64,000 nt of DNA from Mobula hypostoma (taxonomy: Eukaryota). Of the stretch, positions 22,385 through 31,950 are shown piece after piece. The position numbers and the translations under genes are program-made. The DNA lies in the NCBI RefSeq assembly GCF_963921235.1, contig NC_086108.1:116066001-116130000 (forward strand), given 5' to 3'. Each line of letters opens with the position of its first letter. Position 1 is the first letter of the stretch. A model generated the notes under the pieces. It saw nothing but the letters and a program-made list of their open reading frames with translations. It searched no databases and was not told the DNA's origin.

Positions 22385-23138
22385 TACAGGTTTAATGATA
22401 AGGCACTGAGGAGTGCAGTGGAACAGAGGGATCTGGGAATACAGATACAAAATTCCCTAAAAGTGTCATCACAGGTAGATAGGGTCGTAAAGAGAGCTTT
22501 TGGTACATTGGCCTTTATTAATCAAAGTATTGAGTATAAGAGCTGGAATGTTATGATGAGGTTGTATAAGGCATTGGTGAGGCCAAAACTGGAGTATTGT
22601 GTTCAGTTTTGGTCACCAAATTACAGGAAGGATGTAAATAAGGTTCAAAGAGTGCAGAGACGGTTTACAAGGATGTTGCTGGGACTTGAGAAACTCAGTT
22701 ACAGAGAAAGGTTGAATAGGTTAGGACTTTATTCCCTGGAGCGTAGAAGAATGAGGGGAGATTTGATAGAGGTATATAAAATTATGATGGGTATAGATAG
22801 AGTGAATGCAAGCAGGCTTTTTCCACTGAGGCAAGGGGAGAAAAAAACCAGAGGACATGGGTTAAGAGTGAGGGGGAAAAAGTTTAAAGGGAACATTGGG
22901 GTGGGGGCTTCTTCACACAGAGAGTGGTGGGAGTATGGAATGAGCTGCCAGACGAGGTGGTAAATGCGGGTTCTTTTTTAACATTTAAGAATAAATTGGA
23001 CAGATACATGGATGGGAGGTGTATGGAGGGATATGGTCCGTGTGCAGGTCAGTGGAACTAGGCAGAAAATGGTTCGACACAGCCAAGAAGGGCCAAAAGG
23101 CCTGTTTCTGTGCTGTAGTTTCTATGGTTTCTATGGTT
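22385..23138 (+). mobile_element. CR1-type LINE 3' fragment, relatively intact
   Basis: ORF 22418-22963, 181 aa (RDLGIQI...LVRPKLEYCVQFWSPNY...RRMRGDLIEVYKIM), with tail gtttctatggtttctatggttt. Confidence 0.92.
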
Positions 23139-23689
23139 TATCTCCACATCAAGGTAAGACAGATCCCCCTGCAGAGCAACGACAGAACGGCCTGACTTAC
23201 ACCACGGAGACGAGGACAAGAAGAGAAAAACACCGAAGAACGTCATTCTTAAGCTCCTTCTTGCTGAGCTTATAATCTTCTAGATTTGTTGCTAGTGTGG
23301 AGGGTGGTTTCAGACTACAGGCTGATATTGATATAGTGGTGAAATGGCAGATGGAATTTAATCCTAAAAAACATGAAGTGGTGTATTTGGGGAGTGATAT
23401 TGAGACTGGGACATCATCATCATCCCTAATGTATCTGCCTCCACCACCATTCCCGACAAGGTATTCCGTGCACCCAAAACTCTCTGTGTTCAAAAATAAC
23501 TCCCTCTGACATCTCATCTATACACTTCCAATCACCTTAAAAAGATATCCTGTGGTATTAGCCACAGCCACCCTGGGCGAATAGTGCTGGCTGTCCACTC
23601 GATCCATGCTTCTTATCATCGATCTGTCAAACTGCCTCTCATCAACCTGCTTACACCATTTCCAGTGGCAGCTCAGCCACTACTGAACG

Positions 23690-24235
23690 AAGACATGCTC
23701 CCTCAGGTTCCCCTTATTTATTTCACCTTTCACCTTTAACCCAAGACCTCTACTTCTAGTTGCACCCAACCTCAATGGAAAAAGCATGCTTGCTGTGGGA
23801 TGAAATTGGAACACCCGGAGGAATCCCATGCAGCCATGGAAAGGAATGTACAAACTCCTTAAAGGCAGCGTCAAATTTTAACTCATAATTTTGTATATCT
23901 CTATCAAATCTCGCCTCAATCTTCCCATTTCCAAAGTATTAAGTTCTAGCCTATTCAACCTTTCCCTATAGCTCTAGCCCTCGAAACCTGGCAACATCCT
24001 TGCAAATTTTCTCTGTACTCTTAATCTTATTGATATCTTTCCTGTAAGGTGACCCGATCTGCACACAATACTCCATATTAGGCCTCACCAATGTCTTATA
24101 CAATTTCAACACAACATCCTGTGCTCAGCTTAGTACTCTGATTTATGAAGGCCAATGCGCCAAAAGCTTTCCTTATGACCCTATCTACTTGTGATGCTGC
24201 TTTCAAGGAATTATGGACTTGTATTCCAAGGTGAA
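23690..24235 (-). mobile_element. CR1-type LINE fragment with a short SINE insert
   Basis: Reverse complement of an RT C-terminus (cacaatactccatattaggcctcaccaatgtcttatac). A SINE-like segment lies at about 23790-23880. Confidence 0.65.
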
Positions 24236-24499
24236 GTTATTCACCTTTATATTTACGAACAATTTGGATGAGAATGTACAAGGGTGATTAGCAAGTGTGG
24301 ATGATATGAAAACAGATGGTGTTGCAGACAGTGAAGAAAGTTGTTAAAAATTACAAGGGGGTTCCTTGGTCAGCTGACAAATGGCAAATGGCTTTCAATT
24401 CAGATAAGTGTTGTATTTTGGGAAGTCAAACCAGGGTAGAACTTTTCCGGTGAATGGTGATGGCCAGGGAGTGTTGTGGAATAAAGATATCAAGAGTTC

Positions 24500-24775
24500 A
24501 ATTTATTTATTTAGAGATAGAGCAGGGAACATGTCCTTTTGGCCTAATGAGCCACACAGCCCAGCAACCCACCGATTTAACCCTAGCCTAATCACAGGAC
24601 AATTTATAATAACCAATTAACCTACTAATCAGTACACCCTTGGACTGTGAAAGGAAACTGGAGTACTGAGACAAAACCCATGCATTCAAGGAGAGGGACA
24701 TACAAACTCCTTCTGGGGAATGTTGGGATTGAAATAGGAACTCCGACGCCCCAAGCTGTAATAGCGTTGTGCTAA
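24500..24775 (-). mobile_element. HE1/V-SINE-like SINE
   Basis: aaccaattaacctactaatc...ggaaactggagtactgagacaaaacccatgca...tacaaactcc...gggattgaa, the reverse of the SINE head and core. Confidence 0.6.
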
Positions 24776-25049
24776 TATCTATGTTGCCCTAGCACCCTCC
24801 ATCGTTCACTGAAAACAGCATTGCAGGTAGACAGAGTAGTGAAGTTGGCACACTTACTGGGTACAGGAGATGGGATGTTCTGTGGCACTTGTACAAGACA
24901 TTGATAGGACTGCACTTGAAGTCCTGTGTACAGTTTTAGCCATCCTGTTACAGGAAAAGTATTGTTAAACTGGAAAGAGAGCAGACATTTAAAAGGCATT
25001 AGGATAAGAAAGGTTTAGAGGGATGTAGGCCAAATGCAAGCAGTTCACT

Positions 25050-26030
25050 GTATAAGTCCTGCTCTGGTTTGTCTGTCCGAAATACATCACCTTACACTTA
25101 TACAAATTGAAATTGATTTGCCATTCCTCAGCCCATGCCCCTAACTGATGTCTCACAAGATGTCTTTGTAAATCATTGTAACCTGCTTCACTTTCAACAA
25201 GACCTCTAATTTAGAGTCATCAGCAAACTTGCTAATTGTGCTGTTACTTTCACATCTAAATCATTTACAAAAATAATAAATAGCAGAGCTCCTAAACTTG
25301 AACCCTGGGCACCCTACGGGCCTCCAGTCAGAGAATTAACCTCCAACCATTACCTTTGAGCCGATATCATCGAGCCAATTTTGAATCCACCTCACTAGCT
25401 CCCTCTGAATCCCATGTGAACTAACTTTCCAGATCAGCCTTCCATGTGGGACGCTGCCAAAGGCTCTACTAAAGTTCATTTGGATAACATCCATTAGTGA
25501 GCACAGGAGGACATCTACCTCCTGTTTGCACTGTTGTAACTATGTGGTTTTGTCAGTTTTAGTCTTGGTTTGTCCTGTGTTTCTGTGATATCACTCTGGA
25601 GGAACATTGTATCATTTTTTAATGCATGCATTTCTAAATGACAATAAATGAGGACTGAGTGTCCTCATAATCTAATCTACTCTAATCTAAGCTCTTTAGT
25701 CACCTCTTTGATAAACTCCAAAATATTCATAAGCAGAGGAGATTCAGCAGAGGCTGCAATCTAAGTCCTGATGAAGGGCCTCGGCTAAAACGTTTATTCA
25801 TTTCCATAGATGCTGCCCTACCTGTTGACTTCCTCCAGCAGTTTGTGTGCATTGCTCCAAAAGATTCCTCAGACATGACCTCCTATGCACAAAATCATGA
25901 ATTCCTGACCAGGTCTTGACTATGCAAGTGATGGCAGATTTTGTCCCTCAGAATTCCCTCTGGTAACTTCTGTACAATTGAAGTCAGACTCACCAGCTTG
26001 TAGATCCCTGGTCTGTCCTCACTACCCTTC
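25050..26030 (-). mobile_element. Old CR1-type LINE RT fragments with nested inserts (continues at 27238-27450)
   Basis: gtcatcagcaaactt is the reverse complement of KFADD. The CR1 sequence ctcactacccttc|ttgaagaatg is split by the LTR-like element. Confidence 0.6.
25735..25860 (+). mobile_element. Penelope-like element terminus with decayed minimal hammerhead ribozyme
   Basis: agtc CTGATGA agggcctcggct AAAA cgtt at 25764-25794, followed by tttccatagatgctgcc...cctccagcagtttgtgtg, the reverse complement of the terminus at 27492-27540. Confidence 0.65.
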
Positions 26031-27237
26031 TGTCATGGTCCGGTCCGTGAAGTCTGCAGTCTGCTTCACGGTCCAGTCCATCAATCCTTGTTCCAGGTCT
26101 TCCTGTTTTCTCCCTTGTTCTGTTGGGTGCCTTAATTGAGGCACCTGATTCTCATTTCGGTCTGGCACATAAATACCTCTGCAAAGCAGGGATTGTTTGC
26201 TGGACTGTTCCCTTCCCTTCCCTTCATGTCTGAAGCCTTGCTTGTACCCTTGTCAGTATCCCCATCAAGTTCAATTGCCGGAGTGAGACCTGAGCCTTGC
26301 CATGCCAAGAGAAGGAACTATCTATCGTTGAGTTTGGAACTGTCTCTTTGTGTCCCCATGGTTAGTGTCCATGTTCTGTGTACGAGTCCCGGCCCTACGT
26401 CCTGTTCCTAAAGGGGGGGCCTGACTCTGTGTTCCCTGTTCCTGTGCTCAAATCCAAGGCTCTGTGTTCCTAGACCAAGTCCGGGTGCTGTGTTCCAGCC
26501 CTGTCCAAGTCTGAGCTTCGTGTCCTCATCCAGTTCTGGTGCCTTGCCCAGCCTGGTGCTGAAGATTCCTCGTCCTGTGCTGGATCATCCCCATCCGAAT
26601 CCTTGGCAGTTTACCTTGGCAGTCACCCCGGCCCTGCGTCCGAGAAAGGGTCCCGGCCCTGCGCTCCAAGGAGGAATCCCGGCTCCGCACCCAAGAGCCT
26701 AACCAAGCTGAGGAAAAGAGCCGAGCCAAACCTAGTCCAAGAGCCTCGTCCTGCCCTGGAGTTTCCTCATCTAGTCCAAGAACCTCGTCTAGTCCAAGCC
26801 AAGTCCAAGAACCTCGTCCTGTCTAAGGCAAGGCTTTGTGTTCTCATCCTGTTCATGTGCCTCGTCCTGTGCAGGAGTTCCACGTCCAGTCCTGTAGCCA
26901 CGTCCTGTCCTTGCCAAGATCTTAGTCCCGAGTCCTAGCCTAGACCCCGGTTCCGGTTCCAAATCCCAACCAAGACCCAGGTTCTGGGTCCTTGTCCAGG
27001 CTCTGGTTCCGGAGTTCCGAGTTCCTAGTCCAGGCTCCTTGTTCCTAGTTCCACGTCCAGGTCCCGTGCTTCTAACCCACATCCAAGCCCAGGCCCTGAA
27101 TCCTAGTCTCGTCCAGGGCCCGTGTCAATGTCCAGCATCACTTCTTCCCTTGCTTTCTTGACAAACCTAGTCCCGTTCCTTGTACTTCATTGTCTGTGTC
27201 TTGCATTTGGGTCCACCATCAGCACCCACTTACGACA
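26031..27237 (+). mobile_element. Solo-LTR-like element, copy 3, with 5-bp TSD
   Basis: TGTCAT...ACGACA termini flanked by CCTTC at 26026-26030 and 27238-27242. A TATA-like cataaata lies at about 26168. No coding capacity. Confidence 0.88.
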
Positions 27238-27459
27238 CCTTCTTGAAGAATGAAACAACACTTAACACTCTATTTTTCTAGAATTTCAGCAGTGGCTATT
27301 TAAAAAAAACAGATATCTTATCAAGGGTCTCTGTAATTTCTCCCCTGGCATTCCATAAGGTGACCAGGTCTTGGGGATTTGCCCACCTTAATGCACTTCA
27401 ACGCTCTTATATGTAATACACATACGTTCCAAGACCTCACTACTGAAATCCCTCAAGAG

Positions 27460-27825
27460 ACTCTGCAAATGCTGGAAATCTAGAGTAAGACACACAAAAT
27501 GCTGGAGGAACTCAGCAGGTCAGGCAGCATCTATGGAAATAAATAGTTGACATTTCAGGCCGAGACCCTTTTCAGGTTGCTCCAGCATTTTGTGTTTGTT
27601 GTTCTCATTGCCTTTGTTTGTTGATTCTGTCCAAAATCACAGGGAACGCTGGAAACACTCAGCAGGCCAGGCAGTGTCCATGGAGAGGGAAACATAATGT
27701 TTCAGCTGAAGACACAGGAGGCTGCAGGTTCTGGAATCTGGAGCAAAAATATGAAGGATCCATGTCACCTGTCCATTTCTCTCCACAGATACTGCTTGAC
27801 CTGCTGAGTTCTTCCAGCATTGTCT
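27460..27825. mobile_element. Two Penelope-derived inverted-repeat (fold-back) remnants
   Basis: Perfect 16-bp inverted repeat acacaaaatgctggag (27492-27507) / ctccagcattttgtgt (27580-27595) around a minus-strand hammerhead remnant. A second imperfect pair of about 45 bp lies at about 27648-27690 / 27775-27818. Confidence 0.7.
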
Positions 27826-27914
27826 TTTGGCTGATGATTTTAGTGAAGAATATCCAGCACCACCAGCTAGTTTGCTTTTTTTTTCATTTCACTGGCGTAT
27901 GAATTCTTAATATT

Positions 27915-28185
27915 TGGTTACTCCCTCCCCCTCTTGTACTTCCTCTTTCTTTCCCCCTCTCCTTTTATGTCTATCTCCCTCTCCCTTTAGCTCCCTCTTT
28001 CCTTCACCCTCTTCTGCCTCCCTCTCTATCCCACACTTTCTCCCCCTTTCCTCCTTGCTCCCTCTCTCTCCCTTCTACATCTTTCTTCCCCTTTCCCACC
28101 CTCTCTCTCACTCCCTCCCTTCTATCTTCCTCCCCTTTCTCTCACACCACTCTACTTTCTTTCCCTCCTTCCTGCTCGCTCTCTG

Positions 28186-28186
<1 letters not shown>
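27915..28186. repeat. Polypyrimidine (CT-rich) low-complexity tract
   Basis: About 270 bp, almost entirely C/T on the + strand. Confidence 0.9.

Positions 28187-28242
<56 letters not shown>
28187..28242. repeat. (CA)28 microsatellite
   Basis: Uninterrupted CA run. Confidence 0.98.
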
Positions 28243-28243
<1 letters not shown>

Positions 28244-29859
28244 GTGTTTGCACCTTGTTTCTGGCTTTTCTTGGGGAACAGTGAAGTTCCCGTCCGGCGA
28301 AGGTGCGCTGCCGAACGGCGGTGATTGAGCTGAGGGCTGCGGGCGGAGGGAGCTGTCTGTGTCCGCCTGGCAGCAGGCAGCAGGCAGCGAGGGCGGCGCT
28401 CACCCAGCTCACCGCTAACCTGCCCGAGCAGCTCTCTGCCCCGCTGTCTCATCCGACGACCACAGCCAGTTCGTCCGCGCCCGTCTGGCCGGTGTGGCTG
28501 GGAGGAAACGCTCCCCAGGAAAGGGGGGGGGGGAGGAGAGTGGCAGCTCGAGTTGCTACAGACAAACAGAAACACGAGAAAGTCTGCAGATGCTGGAAAC
28601 GCAAAACATAATTAGACAGAGCCGAGTGAGAGCTCAGCACACATCAACAACTGAACTCACACTTCCCGGGACCAGCAAACAGCGTCCTGGGATGGGACAC
28701 GGGATCAAACCTCGGCCACGGTGAAGGATGAAGGAGCCCGGGGGTGTGTCTGTGTGTGTGTATGGGGGGCGGGGTGGGGGGTCTCTAATTCCAGATTCCG
28801 GGGCTTGGGCGTCAACGAACGGCCCCCAGTGCAGGAAAGATTAAAATCGGGGGTTGCTGGAGACATGAAAATTGGAGGACAGCAGAGATCTCCGGTTGTG
28901 GGTGTGGAGGGGTGGAGAGGGTCAGAGACAGAGAGGGTTAAAGAGACAGGGAAGGTTGTGAGCGAACACAGAGGGTGGGAGAGTTGGGAGCCGAGGAGGG
29001 CCAGGAAGAATGGAGAGTGGAGGGGCCGTGGCACAGCTTGTGCATGGGACACTGGAGAAATCCCGCAATGAGGTGTATCCGGGTGGGGACTGAGATTCAG
29101 TGGAAGCTGGAGGGAAAGGTGATGCATATCTCTCCAAATCACTCCCCCTCACTCACAGAGCCCCGGCGAGGTGCGGACTGGTTGGGGAGGTGGGCGGGGG
29201 GGGGGGAAGCTGCGACCCTGGATCGGTGCGGGCAGGGCAGAGGGCGGGATTTCGGAGTCTGGTGGTATTTTGATTGATTCCTTCGCGTGGAGATATCTTG
29301 TAGATCTAATCTAGTCTCTGTAAACGCTGACAAACCGCTGAGCTGGTGAGGAGTCGGGTCGTGTAACAGCAGCGGTTCGTGCTGAGCCCAGACTGTAACC
29401 GCATGGTCGAGGTGCTCCAGCAGCGACATCCAACACCCCCCTGTGTCCGGGTGAGGAGCTCTCAGCCGGGTTAATGCACGGGACAGAGACGACCCCGGGA
29501 AGACGAGAGTTTGCTGCGGGTTCGGGGCGGCGGGTGTACGGGAGTTTTAGGCAGACCATTTGCAGGCTCCAACAAGAGAGATCTGTGATGCTGTCATTAC
29601 GATATCGCACCGGTTTGTACGGCAGCGAAGCCTCCAATCGGCTCCGAATACCACCTTCCTTCGAATCGGTCAGATTGAAATTATACACTTGCGCAGCGGT
29701 GTTTAGGGCCGCGCGGAAGCCTCGTGTGTGACGATAGCGCAGCATCCGGTGTTTAGGACCGCGCGGAGTCCTCAGGTGGGGAGGCGTTCAGTGTAATCTC
29801 CGAATCTCCGTCTCGGCGGCTGCTTCAACCTCGCTGTATCTCCTCGCCCCCCATCTACT

Positions 29860-30303
29860 CCTGTCTCTACCTGACAGCTTTCCCCCAGCCTCTTCTCAAT
29901 TTCTAAACCCTCTCCTTTCACTCTGTCATTACTCCGTGACCTTTTGCATAATCTCCATCTCTCCTCCAAATCCCTCCTCCCTCTAACCCGCTTCCTCCTC
30001 CATCCCCATTCCGCCTCTCACCCTCCCTCTCTCACGTCCCCTTTCCTCTCTCTCCTACTCTCCCCTCTCAGGCTCTGACCCTCCCTCTCCCACTCTCCGC
30101 TCTTTTCCTCCCTCTATTCCCCCCTCCGCTCTCTCTCTCCCACTCACCTCCTCCATCTCTCACCATCCCTTTACTACTCTCTATTTCTTTCCTCCCACTG
30201 TATCTCTCTCCACACTCCCCTCTCTCCGCCTCTCACTCTTCCTCTATTCCTCCCCTCTCTCCCCCCACTCGCTTTCCCAACAAACTCTTCCCCCCACCCC
30301 CCC
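29860..30303. repeat. Polypyrimidine tract within the CpG island
   Basis: About 440 bp of C/T-rich low-complexity sequence on +. Confidence 0.9.
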
Positions 30304-31369
30304 GAACCACTGAGTTGCTGAGATCCCATCCTGGAGTTCCCGGAGACTTGTTGCCGGCTGACGCGGAGCGGGCTCTGGGGGCCGGCCTGGTGCGGAGCCC
30401 ATCGCCCCCTCCCTGAGTGTAAGTGTCCCTCTGTGCGGAAGTTCTCTCCGCGCTGTCCGTGGGAGGGATGGCTGGCTGGCCGATGCCCAGCAGGGCAGCG
30501 GATTGGAGGGAATGGAGGGTGGACTGGCAAACTTATGTCGAGCTCATGTGTGACGCGGGGACCGTGTGGACTCGCCGCCGCGCTGAACGGGAGTTCGGGG
30601 ATCGGAGTCTGTGCTGGGGACTTTAGTCTCTATGAAGGGAATCTCCCCGACTCCGGGCTCTGTACCTTGTGTATGTTGGTTGTGTACTGCCTGTGGGGTG
30701 GGGTTTGTATGTGTGGGGTGCAAACATTCTCTAGGATAGGGTTGTGTATGAGGAATGTATACTTCTATATGGGTAGGGTGTGTGTACTATCTATACTGTC
30801 TATAGCGTATACTATCTATAGGGTAGGGTTGTGTACGTGGAGTGTCTACAGTCTATAGGGTGGCTGTTTTTATTCTATAAGGATGAACATTTTACCTGAG
30901 GGTAGTTCGCGTTCTCCACGAGTGGATATTGTACACGAGCGACCTCTATATTCCATGGGGTGGGCGTTGTATATGAGCGCTGTCTGGGTACATTCTATAG
31001 GGGCGGATAAGGTTTTTCAGTAGTTTTGAACTAAAGTAGCTGTCAGTGGGCTGGTCCGTTTGGCCGGGAGTAGCAGTGAAAGCCCGCAGGGAACTGTGAG
31101 GGCTGCTGGCGAGGCAGCAAAGGGCAGACGATTGAATGGTGCAGGAGGAAGGGCACTCGGCATGAAGGGAACAGAGGGCGATTTTCCTTCAAAGGCCGGT
31201 AAACCACGCTCAGGGAGGCTCCGCCGGAACTGTGCAGATCAACAGTCGAGCCAACGCTGGACAAAATGAGAGCGGTCTCCCCGGAAAGGTGTGGCTACTC
31301 TGGGGAGGGGTCGCCATTTGCAGCGACGAGAAAAGATTGGCTTTCTCAATGTGGGGAGAGTGGAGGAAG

Positions 31370-31950
31370 ACTTCGGATGTGATGCTCAGGATTTATAAGG
31401 TTCTGGTCAAACCGCACTTTTCGTATTGCGAGTAGTTTTTGGACCCCTTATCTAAGAAAAGATATGCCGGCATTGGAGAGGGTCCAGAGGACGTTCACGT
31501 GAGTGATTCCGGGAATGAAAGGGTTAATGTATGAGTTGCCTTTGATGGCTCTGGGCCTGTACTTGTTGGAGTTTAGAAGAATGAGGGGGATCTTATGGAA
31601 TCCTATCCAATATTCAAAGGCCTAGATAGAGTGGATGTGAAGATAACGTTTCCTATTGGGGGGGGCAGTTTAGGACCAGAGGGCACAGCCTCAGAAAAGA
31701 CGAGTGCCCAATTTAGAGTAGAGATGAGGGCGGTGAATCTGTGGAATTCTTCACACAAACAGCTGTGTGGGCCAAGTTATTGGATATTTTTAAAGGTTGA
31801 TAGGTTCTTAATTAGTCGAGATGTCAAAGGTTACGGGGAGAAGGCAGGAGAATGGGGTTGAGAGGGATAATAAATCAGCCATGACGGAATGGTGGAGCAG
31901 ACTAAATTGTCCGAATAGCCTAATTCTACGCCTATATCTCATGGTCTTAT
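31370..31950 (+). mobile_element. CR1-type LINE 3' fragment inside the CpG island
   Basis: DVMLRIYKVLVKPH, ERVQRTFT and FKGLDRVDV remnants, with a 3' UTR ending atctcatggtcttatgg. Confidence 0.85.

Larger units (their letters stand above)
21577..23245 (-). mobile_element. Solo-LTR-like element, copy 2, interrupted by CR1 and truncated
   Basis: Starts tgtcac...gacccaaatgcaagacacagacacttaagtactagg, homologous to 14221-14300. It resumes after the CR1 with gacagaacggcctgacttac at about 23180. The far terminus is not found. Confidence 0.7.

Noticed and set aside
19951..22963. Reverse-transcriptase ORFs as functional or domesticated genes
   Set aside because: They are truncated LINE fragments with frameshifts, stops, nested insertions and ordinary retrotransposon tails.
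28152..31269. Numerous 60-145 aa ORFs across the CpG island
   Set aside because: No recognisable homology. They are expected by chance in GC-rich and low-complexity DNA.
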